Origin: Muribaculaceae bacterium
Lineage (GTDB): Bacteria > Bacteroidota > Bacteroidia > Bacteroidales > Muribaculaceae
Length of the DNA stretch: 50,531 bases
NCBI GenBank assembly: GCA_017937625.1
Contig: JAGBDG010000047.1
Span: forward strand, 1-50,531
Direction of reading: 5' to 3'
The notes beneath the pieces are model-generated. The model saw only the letters and a list, made by a program, of their open reading frames with translations. It had not been told where the DNA came from and did not search any database. A program made the translations under genes and the position numbers. Shown one piece after another: positions 9,668 through 18,440 of the stretch; position 1 is the first letter of the stretch, and each line of letters begins with the position of its first letter.

Positions 9668-9677
9668 CCCTGATTCA

Positions 9678-11087
9678 TCAGTCGTGATGAACCTGGAATG
9701 TGATGCCGCTTACGCTGACAGTAGTGTTCTCGGCATTGCCGCCGAAGTCGAGCACAAGCTGGACTTCGTGCATAGCCTGCGGAGCCTTGACTCCTGCTAC
9801 CCAGAAAGTCTTGGGGCTGTCCTGATCGAGAGGAATGCGCTCGGCGAAGAAGAAGTTGCCGTCGCGTTTGCCTTCCTGAGTGTCGTCGATGTCGGTTTCC
9901 ACGAGCTTTATGGTGACGCCGGGATGAGCGGTGTTGCTGCTGAGGGTAATCTTGAAGTCGTATGCAGTCTCAGTGTCGATGGCGGGCAGGTCGGTGACGA
10001 GCTTGACCTGTGCCTGCCACTGCTCGAATGTGGCTGCGGGGAACTCGACTGTAAAGTCCTTGCCGTCGAATGTGAGGGCGGGGTCGGCAATCTGCGCCCA
10101 GCCGGGAGCGTAATAGAACGAAGGTGTGATGTTTGCGCCGCTCCAGAGATTCTCGGGGCTGTCGGGAGCCGCCCAGTCGGGTTCGGGAGTCGCGGGCAGT
10201 TCGGGAAGAACGGTACCGTCATCGTTGGCGTGATCCTTGAGGACGAAGTTCTCGATGGTCACCTCGATGCCAGCGGGGTTGCCGCCGAAGTCGAGAGTGA
10301 AGACAAGATTGTTCATCGGCACGACAGCGGGCAGGTTGCTGAACCAGTAGGTGACGGGTTCGCCGGCGGTGAGGTTGATCTTCTGGTTGCAGAAGAAAGA
10401 GTGAGCGTCGTCGTCGTCGCCGTCGGGATGGATTTTCAGCGTAACGTTCTTGATGTCCATTGTCGAGGTGAAGATGAACGAGCCGTCGTATGATTTTCCT
10501 TCTTCAAGACAGATGTTGGAGCCGATGTGCATCTGAGCCTGCCACTGGTCGGTTGTGGCTTCTGGAAGAGTCACTGTCCATGCGTCGCCGTCGTAGGAAT
10601 AGGCGGGATCGGCAATCTGTGCCCAGCCGGGAGCGTACCAGAAGCTGTTGAGGTGGATGTCGGTGCCCTCTGCCTTGACGAGGTTGTAGGGGCTCTCGTA
10701 GTCGAAGCCTGCGAAACCGTTCATCTTGGTCTTGTCGACGGTGAAAGATTTGGCGATGGTGCCGGTGCTGACGCCGTTGGCATTGCCTATCTTCACTTCC
10801 ACGCTGTAGTCGCCGGCCTTGCGGTAGTAGCGCGAGAAAGCGAAATCTGTGGAGTATGACTTGCCGTCGATGATCCAGACGGGGTATACGCCCTTTCCGG
10901 TGAACTCGAAGTTGGCGTAGTTTGTCTCCTGGTCGACTGTGATCTTCACGCAGTCGGCGTAGTCGGCAGCCTGCGGAACGGCGTTGATGTTAACTTCATA
11001 TACTTTGTCTTCGGTGCAGGAAACAAGAGCTGCCGCGCCGCCTGCCGCAAGAAGAGAAAGTGCTATTGTCTTTATATATTTTTTCAT
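9678..11087 (-). CDS. Surface glycan-binding lipoprotein (SGBP-B) with a PKD-like domain and two tandem CBM-like repeats
   Basis: Lipobox LVSC; duplicated YAPGWAQIADPA...QWQAQ...LDFGGN modules; directly downstream of SusD. Confidence 0.8.
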   Translation of the reverse strand: MKKYIKTIALSLLAAGGAAALVSCTEDKVYEVNINAVPQAADYADCVKITVDQETNYANFEFTGKGVYPVWIIDGKSYSTDFAFSRYYRKAGDYSVEVKIGNANGVSTGTIAKSFTVDKTKMNGFAGFDYESPYNLVKAEGTDIHLNSFWYAPGWAQIADPAYSYDGDAWTVTLPEATTDQWQAQMHIGSNICLEEGKSYDGSFIFTSTMDIKNVTLKIHPDGDDDDAHSFFCNQKINLTAGEPVTYWFSNLPAVVPMNNLVFTLDFGGNPAGIEVTIENFVLKDHANDDGTVLPELPATPEPDWAAPDSPENLWSGANITPSFYYAPGWAQIADPALTFDGKDFTVEFPAATFEQWQAQVKLVTDLPAIDTETAYDFKITLSSNTAHPGVTIKLVETDIDDTQEGKRDGNFFFAERIPLDQDSPKTFWVAGVKAPQAMHEVQLVLDFGGNAENTTVSVSGITFQVHHD

Positions 11088-11096
11088 AGCCTTGGA

Positions 11097-12614
11097 TTAA
11101 TAAGGATTTTGAGTAAGGGTGCCCTGCGAGCGGTCGATTTCGGACTGCGGGATGGGGAGATATTTCTTGTTGGGCGACCAGGTGTTGGTGCGGTAGCCGT
11201 ATTCGTCGGGAACGAGAACCGAAGCAGCCTTGTCGGTGCGGACGAGGTCCCAGTAGCGCTTGCCCTCGCCGACGAACTCGAGGTGGCGTTCCTCGATGAT
11301 GTTGTCGATTGTGGGCTCGAGCTCGGTGCGGAGACCTGCGCGGCGGCGAACGTCGTTGAGGTACTTCTTGGCGTCGGCAGCGCTTCCGCCGGTGGTCACG
11401 AGAAGCTCGGCAGCGTTGAGGAGAGCCTCGGAGTAGCGGTAGATTCGCCAGTTGTTGTTGTAGTTGAGCTCGGAGGAAGCCTTCTGGTCCTTGTTGCCGT
11501 CAGCTTGAGCCGCATACTTCTCGAGGAAGAAGCCGAAGTCCTGGTAGCGCTTGTTGTAGGTGCCTTCCTGCGAGCGTACGTCCCAGCATGTGGCGTCGCG
11601 GCGAGTGTCGTCGGCGCTGTAGCGGTTGTATGTCTCAAGACGTACCGGGCAGAATCCCCAGCCGCCGTTGTGGCCGTCCTGTCCCGAAGGCCAGTTGTTG
11701 GGACTTATGAGTGTCGGAAGGACAGTTCCGCCTGCGGTGAGTGGATTGCCCCAGTCGCGTGTGGCGTTGTCGTCGATGTAGTTGATTTCCCAGATGGACT
11801 CCTTGCACCATTCGCCTTCTTCCTTGAAGATTCGGGCGTAGTCGGGCTCGAGGTCGTAGTCAGCCGAAGCGATGATTTCCTTCATGTAGTTGAGAGCCTG
11901 GGCGTAGCGTGCGGTGTCTTTCTGATACATCACAATCTCGGTGTAGAGCATGTAAGCCATAGCTGTCGTGACACGTCCGGACTCCTCGCCGGAAGCGCGG
12001 AAAGGAAGAACGTTGAGCTTGAGGGCAGCCTCGATGTCGCCTACCATGTGCTCGTAGAGCTCGTTGGCGGGCATCTGTGCCTGGATGTAGGGTTCGGTGA
12101 GGTTCACTTCATAGTAGGGCACGTTGCCGTAGAATTTCCAGAGCCAGTTGGCGTAGAAAGCGCGGAGGACAAGAACCTGCGCACGGGCGTAGTTGAGGTC
12201 TTTCTCCGTGGCGTCGGGGATGCCTGCCTCGATGTCGGCGATGACGTCGTTGCAGCGCTTGATGCCGCTGAATGCCTCAACCCAGATGCCGGAGATGACT
12301 TTCAGAGGAGTAGCCTCGTAGTTTGCCATCAGGTGCCAGTTCTCGTTGTCGGTCTTGTTGGAGCCGCCTACCCATAGGTCGTCTGCCATGATGTCGCTCA
12401 TCATGATGAAGGGCTCGTAGCTGCCCATGCCCCAGTCGGTCCACTGCAGGGGGTCGTAAGCCGCCACGACAGCTTCGTTGAGGTGGTCTTTTGTCGAGAA
12501 ATACTCGTCGGATGATTCCTGCGTCGGGGAGGTGACGTTGAGGAAATCGTCGCCGCACGCTGTGAGTCCCATGGCGATGGCGGCAAGTCCGAAAATCTTA
12601 TATATTGATTTCAT
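11097..12614 (-). CDS. susD: SusD/RagB family glycan-binding lipoprotein
   Basis: Lipobox LTAC, RYSEALLNAAE, ERHLEFVGEGKRYWDLVR, PIPQSEI...QNPY. Confidence 0.95.
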   Translation of the reverse strand: MKSIYKIFGLAAIAMGLTACGDDFLNVTSPTQESSDEYFSTKDHLNEAVVAAYDPLQWTDWGMGSYEPFIMMSDIMADDLWVGGSNKTDNENWHLMANYEATPLKVISGIWVEAFSGIKRCNDVIADIEAGIPDATEKDLNYARAQVLVLRAFYANWLWKFYGNVPYYEVNLTEPYIQAQMPANELYEHMVGDIEAALKLNVLPFRASGEESGRVTTAMAYMLYTEIVMYQKDTARYAQALNYMKEIIASADYDLEPDYARIFKEEGEWCKESIWEINYIDDNATRDWGNPLTAGGTVLPTLISPNNWPSGQDGHNGGWGFCPVRLETYNRYSADDTRRDATCWDVRSQEGTYNKRYQDFGFFLEKYAAQADGNKDQKASSELNYNNNWRIYRYSEALLNAAELLVTTGGSAADAKKYLNDVRRRAGLRTELEPTIDNIIEERHLEFVGEGKRYWDLVRTDKAASVLVPDEYGYRTNTWSPNKKYLPIPQSEIDRSQGTLTQNPY

Positions 12615-12647
12615 GATTGAAAGTTCTTTTTTGATTTAAGATTCTTT

Positions 12648-15600
12648 TTAGAAAGCGAGGTTGAAGCCTACAGTCCATACGCGAGCCTGCGGGTAGACGC
12701 CGTAGTCGACGCCGAGCGAAGTGGCGGTCGAGGAGATTTCGGGATCATAGCCGTGGTACTTGGTCCATGTCCAGAGGTTCTCGGCAGCGACGTAGAGGCG
12801 GAGCTTCGATACGAATGCTTTCTTTGTGAGTTTTTCGGGAAGTGTGTAGCCCAGCTGAAGGTTTTTCAGGCGCATGTAGCTGCCGTCGTAGACGTAGAGG
12901 TCGGACGACTGCCAGTTGTAGGAGTCTGCCTGCACGTAGCGGGGATATTTGTTCGAAGTGCCTTCGCCTGTCCAGCGGTTGAGCATCCATGAGGGAAGGT
13001 TCGATGCGATGGCGTCGATACGGCGTGTGGCGTCGTAGATGTCGTTGCCTGCCGTGCCCTGGAAGAAGATGTTGAAGTCGAAGCCGCGCCATGTCGCCGT
13101 GAGACCGAAGCCGTAGCTCCAGTCGGGCATGCCTTTGCCGATCTTTGTGCGGTCGTCCTCGGTGATGCTGCCGTCGCCGTTGACGTCGGCGAAGCGTACG
13201 TCGCCGGGCTCGAGGCTTGTGCCGTACTTGCTGTTGTAGGCGTTAGCCTCCTCGAGGTTCTGGATGATGCCGTCGGTCTTGTAGCCGTAGAAGTAGGGGA
13301 AAGGTTCGCCGTTCTGGGCGCGTGAGATGGTGCCTACACCCTGGAAGCTGTCGAGGTTAGCCCAGCCCTGCTCGTTGCCGTATGCGATGAGTTTGTTCTT
13401 GATGTACGAAGCGTTTGCGTTGAAGCGCAGGGAGAGGTCGCCGATGTTCTGGCGGTACGCGAAGTCGAATTCAAGACCGGTGTTGCGCATCTTGCCGACG
13501 TTGCCCACGGGGATAGCCTCGCCGACGTACTGCGGCAGCGACATTGTCATAAGCATGCCGTCGGTGTCCTTGCGGTACCAGTCGATGCTCAGGGTGAACA
13601 TGTTCTGGAGGAAGCCGAAGTCTACGCCTATGTCGGTCTGCTTCGATTCTTCCCACTTGAGGTCGGGATTGGTGAGCTGGCTGGGCTTTGTGCCGTTTGC
13701 GATTGTGCCGTTGCTGCCGAAGATGTAGTTGTTGCCGTTGCTTGTGAGGGCGACATACTGGAAGTTGCCGATGTTCTCGTTACCGTTCTTACCCCACGAT
13801 GCGCGGAGCTTGAGGTTGTTGAGCCATGTGTGGGTGCCTTCCATGAAGCTTTCGTTCATGATGTTCCAGCCTGCCGACACGGAGGGGAAAGTAGCCCAGT
13901 GGTTGTTGCTGCCGAAGCGGCTCGAACCGTCGCGGCGTACCGTCGCCTGGATCATATAGCGCTCGTCGAAGTTGTAGCTTGCGCGGGCGAAGTAAGAAGC
14001 GAGTTTCGATTTCACCTGAGGAGCGCCCCATGAGTTGCGGTCGCCGTCGGCTGCGAGACCGGTGGATGCGTCGAGGTATGGACGGTCGTAGCTTACAAGG
14101 TGGTTGGCGGAACCGCCGAGGTAGTAGCCGCTGCTTTCTTTGGCGGACTGACCGAGGAGGACGCTGAAGCTGTGCTCGTTGATGGTCTTGTCGTAGGAGA
14201 GGACATTCTCGATCTGCCATACCAGACCGCGCTCGCTCGTCGAGCTTGCCGAGGAGAAGTTCTGGCTCTGACCGTTGCGGAGGTAGTACTTGGGAGTCCA
14301 GCTGTCGCTGCCCCAGAAGGAGAGGTCGGCGCCGTAGCTGATGCGGTAGTGGAGGTTGTCCCATACGGTGAGGTCGCCGATGAAGTTGCCTACGAACTTA
14401 TGGCTCCATCCCTTGCTGCCGGGAAGCGACATGTTGGCGATGGGGTTGCTGAGTTCCTGATAGTTGCCGAATGCGGTGGGAACCATGACGAGACGTCCGT
14501 CGGGACCGTACATCGGAACGTAGTCTGCCTGACCTGAGAGATAGTTGAGCTGATATTTCTCCTCTGCGCTGCCTTTCTCAAGATAGGGCGTCAGGATAGG
14601 CGACATCTGGAGAGCCGAGCCCAGAGGCGAGCCCCACATGGAGTTGACGTCGATGCCTTTGCTCTTGATGCGGGTGTAGGCGAGATTGGTGTTGATTGTG
14701 AACTTGCTCAGGAAGTTGCGGCTCTTGGTGGCGTCGAACGCCGTTATGCCGAGGTTGCTGCGGAGCGTGAAGCGCTGGTAGTTCGAGCGGTCGAAGTTGC
14801 CGCCGACAACGCCTTCCTGCTCCATGTAGCCTGTAGAGAGCATATACTGTACTTTCTCGGAACCGCCGGTAAGCGAAACCTGATGGTTCTGCATGGGAGC
14901 TCCGTTGTTGAAGACTTCTTCCTGCCAGTCTGTTCCTTCGCCGTAAGATGCGGGGTCGGCGTAAGATGGAGCGATGCCGGCGTTCATGGCGCCTTCGTTC
15001 ATCATCATGGCGTATTCCATGGCGTTGAGCACTTTGCGTTTCTTGGCGATGCTCTGCCAGCCGTAGCTGAAGTCGTAGGAGAGCTTGGCGGGACCTTCCT
15101 TGCCCTGCTTGGTGGTCACGAGGATGACACCGTTGGCGGCGCGGGCACCGTAGACAGCGCCGGAAGCTGCGTCCTTGAGCACTTCGATAGACGCGATGTC
15201 GTTGGGGTTGAGGTAGTCGAGACCGCCTTCGATAGGCATGCCGTCAACGATATAGAGCGGCTCGGAGGCATTGATAGTGCCGATACCGCGGACACGTACG
15301 CGTGCCGCTGCGCCGGGCTGACCTGACGAGGAGGTGACGGTGACGCCTGAAGCGAGACCCTTGAGGGCGTTGTCCATGCGGACAGGTGCCGTAACAGCGA
15401 GCTCGTCGGAGTTTACTTTGGCGATAGATGCTGTGACGACGCTCTTTTTCTGAACGCCATAACCGACTGCGACTACTTCGTCGAGCATTGTCGAGTTCTC
15501 TTTCATGACAACGTTCATCTGCGATGCTGCGGGCTGCTCGACGGTGTCGTATCCTATATAGGAGAAGACGAGCACTGAACCGTCGGGAACAGTGATTGTA

Positions 15601-15794
15601 AAGTTGCCGTCGACATCGGTGGTCACACCTTTGTTATTTCCTTTTGATACTACTGACACGCCTATCAGGGGTTCGCCTGCCGAGTCGGAGACGGTACCTC
15701 TGGCTGTGATGTCAGCCCATGCGGATGCGCTTCCTATAAGAAGTACCGCAAGCACGATTGCCATGGTACGCAATCTTGTGAAATAAGGTTTCAT
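12648..15794 (-). CDS. susC: SusC/RagA TonB-dependent transporter (beta-glucan PUL)
   Basis: GEPLIGVSV, LDEVVAVGYG, NPNDIASIEVLKDAAS..YGARAANGVILVTTK, RRDGSSRFG, C-terminal YPQAR...GFNLAF. Confidence 0.96.
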   Translation of the reverse strand: MKPYFTRLRTMAIVLAVLLIGSASAWADITARGTVSDSAGEPLIGVSVVSKGNNKGVTTDVDGNFTITVPDGSVLVFSYIGYDTVEQPAASQMNVVMKENSTMLDEVVAVGYGVQKKSVVTASIAKVNSDELAVTAPVRMDNALKGLASGVTVTSSSGQPGAAARVRVRGIGTINASEPLYIVDGMPIEGGLDYLNPNDIASIEVLKDAASGAVYGARAANGVILVTTKQGKEGPAKLSYDFSYGWQSIAKKRKVLNAMEYAMMMNEGAMNAGIAPSYADPASYGEGTDWQEEVFNNGAPMQNHQVSLTGGSEKVQYMLSTGYMEQEGVVGGNFDRSNYQRFTLRSNLGITAFDATKSRNFLSKFTINTNLAYTRIKSKGIDVNSMWGSPLGSALQMSPILTPYLEKGSAEEKYQLNYLSGQADYVPMYGPDGRLVMVPTAFGNYQELSNPIANMSLPGSKGWSHKFVGNFIGDLTVWDNLHYRISYGADLSFWGSDSWTPKYYLRNGQSQNFSSASSTSERGLVWQIENVLSYDKTINEHSFSVLLGQSAKESSGYYLGGSANHLVSYDRPYLDASTGLAADGDRNSWGAPQVKSKLASYFARASYNFDERYMIQATVRRDGSSRFGSNNHWATFPSVSAGWNIMNESFMEGTHTWLNNLKLRASWGKNGNENIGNFQYVALTSNGNNYIFGSNGTIANGTKPSQLTNPDLKWEESKQTDIGVDFGFLQNMFTLSIDWYRKDTDGMLMTMSLPQYVGEAIPVGNVGKMRNTGLEFDFAYRQNIGDLSLRFNANASYIKNKLIAYGNEQGWANLDSFQGVGTISRAQNGEPFPYFYGYKTDGIIQNLEEANAYNSKYGTSLEPGDVRFADVNGDGSITEDDRTKIGKGMPDWSYGFGLTATWRGFDFNIFFQGTAGNDIYDATRRIDAIASNLPSWMLNRWTGEGTSNKYPRYVQADSYNWQSSDLYVYDGSYMRLKNLQLGYTLPEKLTKKAFVSKLRLYVAAENLWTWTKYHGYDPEISSTATSLGVDYGVYPQARVWTVGFNLAF

Positions 15795-15837
15795 GCGATA
15801 AGGATTAGTATTAGATTAAAAATTCGTTTTTCCGGTA

Positions 15838-15959
15838 CAAAGTTAATGACCGGCGGAATAAAAATAATAGGTAGGTAAATGGATTTGGTAAGGTTGGTGT
15901 TTTGGTGTTTGTTTGTTAATCAAAGGTTTAGTATTATGGCTATGGTTGAATTTGGTAAG
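15838..15959 (-). promoter_or_regulatory. susC promoter with candidate SusR operator (direct repeats) and IHF-consensus site
   Basis: -7 TAACTTTG at 15838-15845; atttggtaag at 15883-15892 and 15950-15959; aatcaaaggttta at 15918-15930. Confidence 0.7.
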
Positions 15960-16041
15960 ATATGTCAAGGTGGTTTTGTCTGATATGTAGTGCTGAATGA
16001 CCGGTTCGTCGGCAAGGGCAAGTTCTCGGCAAACCATAGGG

Positions 16042-16443
16042 TTATTCGTTAGTCCTTAGCGCGTTATGCTTTTTGACCGCTTTTTCCCAGCTGGTGTTGT
16101 ATTTGAATACGCGTTTTTCGGTATTTCCTTTGAAATTCTTCGTAGTTATGATTACGGCGCCGTTCACTGCGAGCCTGCCATAGAGCGAGTATGCGGTCGA
16201 GTCTTTGAGGACTGCGATTGAGGCGACATCGCGTGGATTGACGCGGTCAATTCCTCCTGCAAGAGGCACGCCGTCGACAATGTACAGGGGCTGTACGGAG
16301 TCGGGCGAGAAAATCCGTAACGCCGGCGCCCGGCAGGTTGAGGCTTCATCGGCTGTAGTGTCATCCGATGCCTGTGCGCTTCCTGCTAAAAGTGCCGCAA
16401 GCGCGATTGCCGCATAAAGCAATTTCTTGAAAGACGTTTTCAT
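16042..16443 (-). CDS. Small secreted protein consisting of a partial TonB-dependent receptor plug domain
   Basis: Signal peptide ...GSAQA, then PLYIVDGVP...NPRDVASIAVLKD...YG..AVNGAVIITTK; stops without a barrel. Confidence 0.8.
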   Translation of the reverse strand: MKTSFKKLLYAAIALAALLAGSAQASDDTTADEASTCRAPALRIFSPDSVQPLYIVDGVPLAGGIDRVNPRDVASIAVLKDSTAYSLYGRLAVNGAVIITTKNFKGNTEKRVFKYNTSWEKAVKKHNALRTNE

Positions 16444-16473
16444 GACGATTGGTATTAGTTTTTAGCGAGTTGT

Positions 16474-18198
16474 TCAGATGACAGGTTTGCCGAGCGAGCG
16501 GACCGCCTCAGCAAAATGTTCTTTGGGGACTATTGCCTTGTTGCGGGTTCGCTGGCGGGTGTTGTAGACCGTCTGTACGGAGCAGTGGAGGAACTGGGCA
16601 ATCTTGACGCTGTCGTTCATTCCGAGGCGTACGAGGGCGTAGATGCGCAACTCGGTAGTCAGCAGCTCGCCTTTTTTGAGGCTTATCTGCTCGTCGGGGC
16701 GCAGCAGGGTGTTGAAATCCTTGACGAAATCGGGATATATGTCAAGGAATATGCGGTCGAAGTTGCTGTACAGTTCCTTGATCTCTCCATGCGAGAGCTC
16801 CTGCGATTTTACGAGATTGAAGACTTCGTCGGTTCTCTTTGCCATGATCATGCGGTAGATGTCCTTGCGGAAATCGTCGATTTTGTTGATATAGCTCGAG
16901 CAGATGGCGAAGATGTTGGCTATGTATTTTTCTTTGGCATCGTTGACCTCGGCGAGCTCGCGTGTGCTTTCGCGCGCCGTCTCGTACATCTCCGAAAGCT
17001 CGGAATTTGTCTTCTCAAGCTGATTCCTGACAGACTGCAGCTCGCTCACTCGTTCCTCGAGCTTCTCCTTCGTGTCGCTCAGGACTTTTCGGGTCTTTTT
17101 CTGCTGGTAGAGCTGTATGCCGATGAATATCAGGGCTATGACAAGCACTATCGAGATAAGCAGAATCCACAGCAGATAATGCCGCATAGTCTGAAGCTGG
17201 TTTGAGTTCGTACGGTTGAGGGCATTGAACACAAGGTCCTGAAGATTGGCAAGATTGCCTACGCGGACGCGGCTCTTGTAGCTGTTCGCACATTTGATGC
17301 TGAAGCTCAGATAGGAGTTGGCGCGCTCGTAGTCGCCCTGCGCGTAGAGTATGGCGCCTAATTCCTCGAGGGAAGCTATCTCGCGGTTGCACGAGCGGGT
17401 GTCGGATATCGCCGAAAGAATCAGATAACGCATCATGCCGATGCTGTCGCCCGTCTGCAGGCACACGCGGCTGAGCATCCAGTCGTCTTTCGCGTTCTTG
17501 ATGGAGTTATGCTTGCTTTCGGCTATGTTCTTCTCGAGTTTCGGACGGAGGCGCGACGACCTCTCCGTGTCGGCGATGCTGTACCATCCCACGAGCCAGA
17601 AATAGTCCGGGTCGTCTTCGTCGAGGCTCCGGCTCAGACGTGTGAGGAACTCGTCGACCTCTGGCTGATAGATGAGCTGGGCGTTGCGTCCGATGAACTG
17701 GTCGCGGTGCGTCTCGAAGAAAAGCCGGGTCTTGTAGTACTCGGCCATAGCCTTGCCTTTGAGCTGCGTGGTGTCGACAGCGGCGAGGCAGTTCTCGGCT
17801 TCGGACAGCAGACCGGTCGCGGAATAGATGTACACGCGGTTGAGGTTCATCTGGTTCATCCAGTCGCGTCTGCCCAGCAGCGAGGCAAGGTCGTAGCATT
17901 TCTTGGCGTAAGCGAGCGCCGAGTCCGAGTCGAAACAGCTGTAGGCGTCGTAGAGCTCATGCGATATCCAGTAGCGCTGCTCGTTGCCTGTGGCGTCCCT
18001 GAGCCTGTCGCGCAGAGAGCTGATATTGGCGAGATAGGCAGTCTCGCGGCTGTCGTGCGCACCAAGCTCCGCGTCAAGGCTGTCGAGCAGGGCGTTGATT
18101 TCCGGCGTGATGATGCCGGCGCTACCGACGGGCGCTGACGCGAGGACAAAAAGTACAGCACAATATACTGATAATACAAAATTACGTGTGTTTTTCAT
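16474..18198 (-). CDS. SusR-like membrane-spanning transcriptional activator (DUF6377)
   Basis: Signal peptide, helical periplasmic sensor, one TM helix (LLWILLISIVLVIALIFIGI), coiled coil, C-terminal LRIYALVRLG..DSVKIAQFLHCSVQTVYN HTH; start ATG 18198. Confidence 0.88.
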   Translation of the reverse strand: MKNTRNFVLSVYCAVLFVLASAPVGSAGIITPEINALLDSLDAELGAHDSRETAYLANISSLRDRLRDATGNEQRYWISHELYDAYSCFDSDSALAYAKKCYDLASLLGRRDWMNQMNLNRVYIYSATGLLSEAENCLAAVDTTQLKGKAMAEYYKTRLFFETHRDQFIGRNAQLIYQPEVDEFLTRLSRSLDEDDPDYFWLVGWYSIADTERSSRLRPKLEKNIAESKHNSIKNAKDDWMLSRVCLQTGDSIGMMRYLILSAISDTRSCNREIASLEELGAILYAQGDYERANSYLSFSIKCANSYKSRVRVGNLANLQDLVFNALNRTNSNQLQTMRHYLLWILLISIVLVIALIFIGIQLYQQKKTRKVLSDTKEKLEERVSELQSVRNQLEKTNSELSEMYETARESTRELAEVNDAKEKYIANIFAICSSYINKIDDFRKDIYRMIMAKRTDEVFNLVKSQELSHGEIKELYSNFDRIFLDIYPDFVKDFNTLLRPDEQISLKKGELLTTELRIYALVRLGMNDSVKIAQFLHCSVQTVYNTRQRTRNKAIVPKEHFAEAVRSLGKPVI

Positions 18199-18233
18199 AA
18201 CAAGAACTCCTGAAGAGAGAGATAACTGCTTGG

Positions 18234-18352
18234 CAAAGGTAAGGAAATCATTCTTTTCCTGCAACTTTTAATCAAATAACCTTACTTTATATTAATCCGG
18301 CGAAAAAACTGCGCCCTTGCTGACGTATTTAGAGATAATTTCATTAACTTTG
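18234..18352. promoter_or_regulatory. Divergent promoters for the susR-like gene and ppdK
   Basis: caaaggta at 18234-18241 (TACCTTTG on -) and taactttg at 18345-18352 (+). Confidence 0.6.
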
Positions 18353-18440
18353 CAGAAAATCGGCGGTCTACCGCCGCAAGTGTACAACCCCACTACCATT
18401 GAACACATTTTTAGATTAACCTAAATATTTAAGCAAAAAG

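Noticed and set aside
15843-16037. 64-aa ORF upstream of susC as a leader peptide
   Set aside because: It spans the promoter/operator region, has low-complexity composition and shows no coding signal.
18361-18376. Small hairpin cggcgg-tcta-ccgccg in the ppdK leader as a riboswitch
   Set aside because: Only a 6-bp stem with no recognisable aptamer; more likely a 5' stabilising hairpin.
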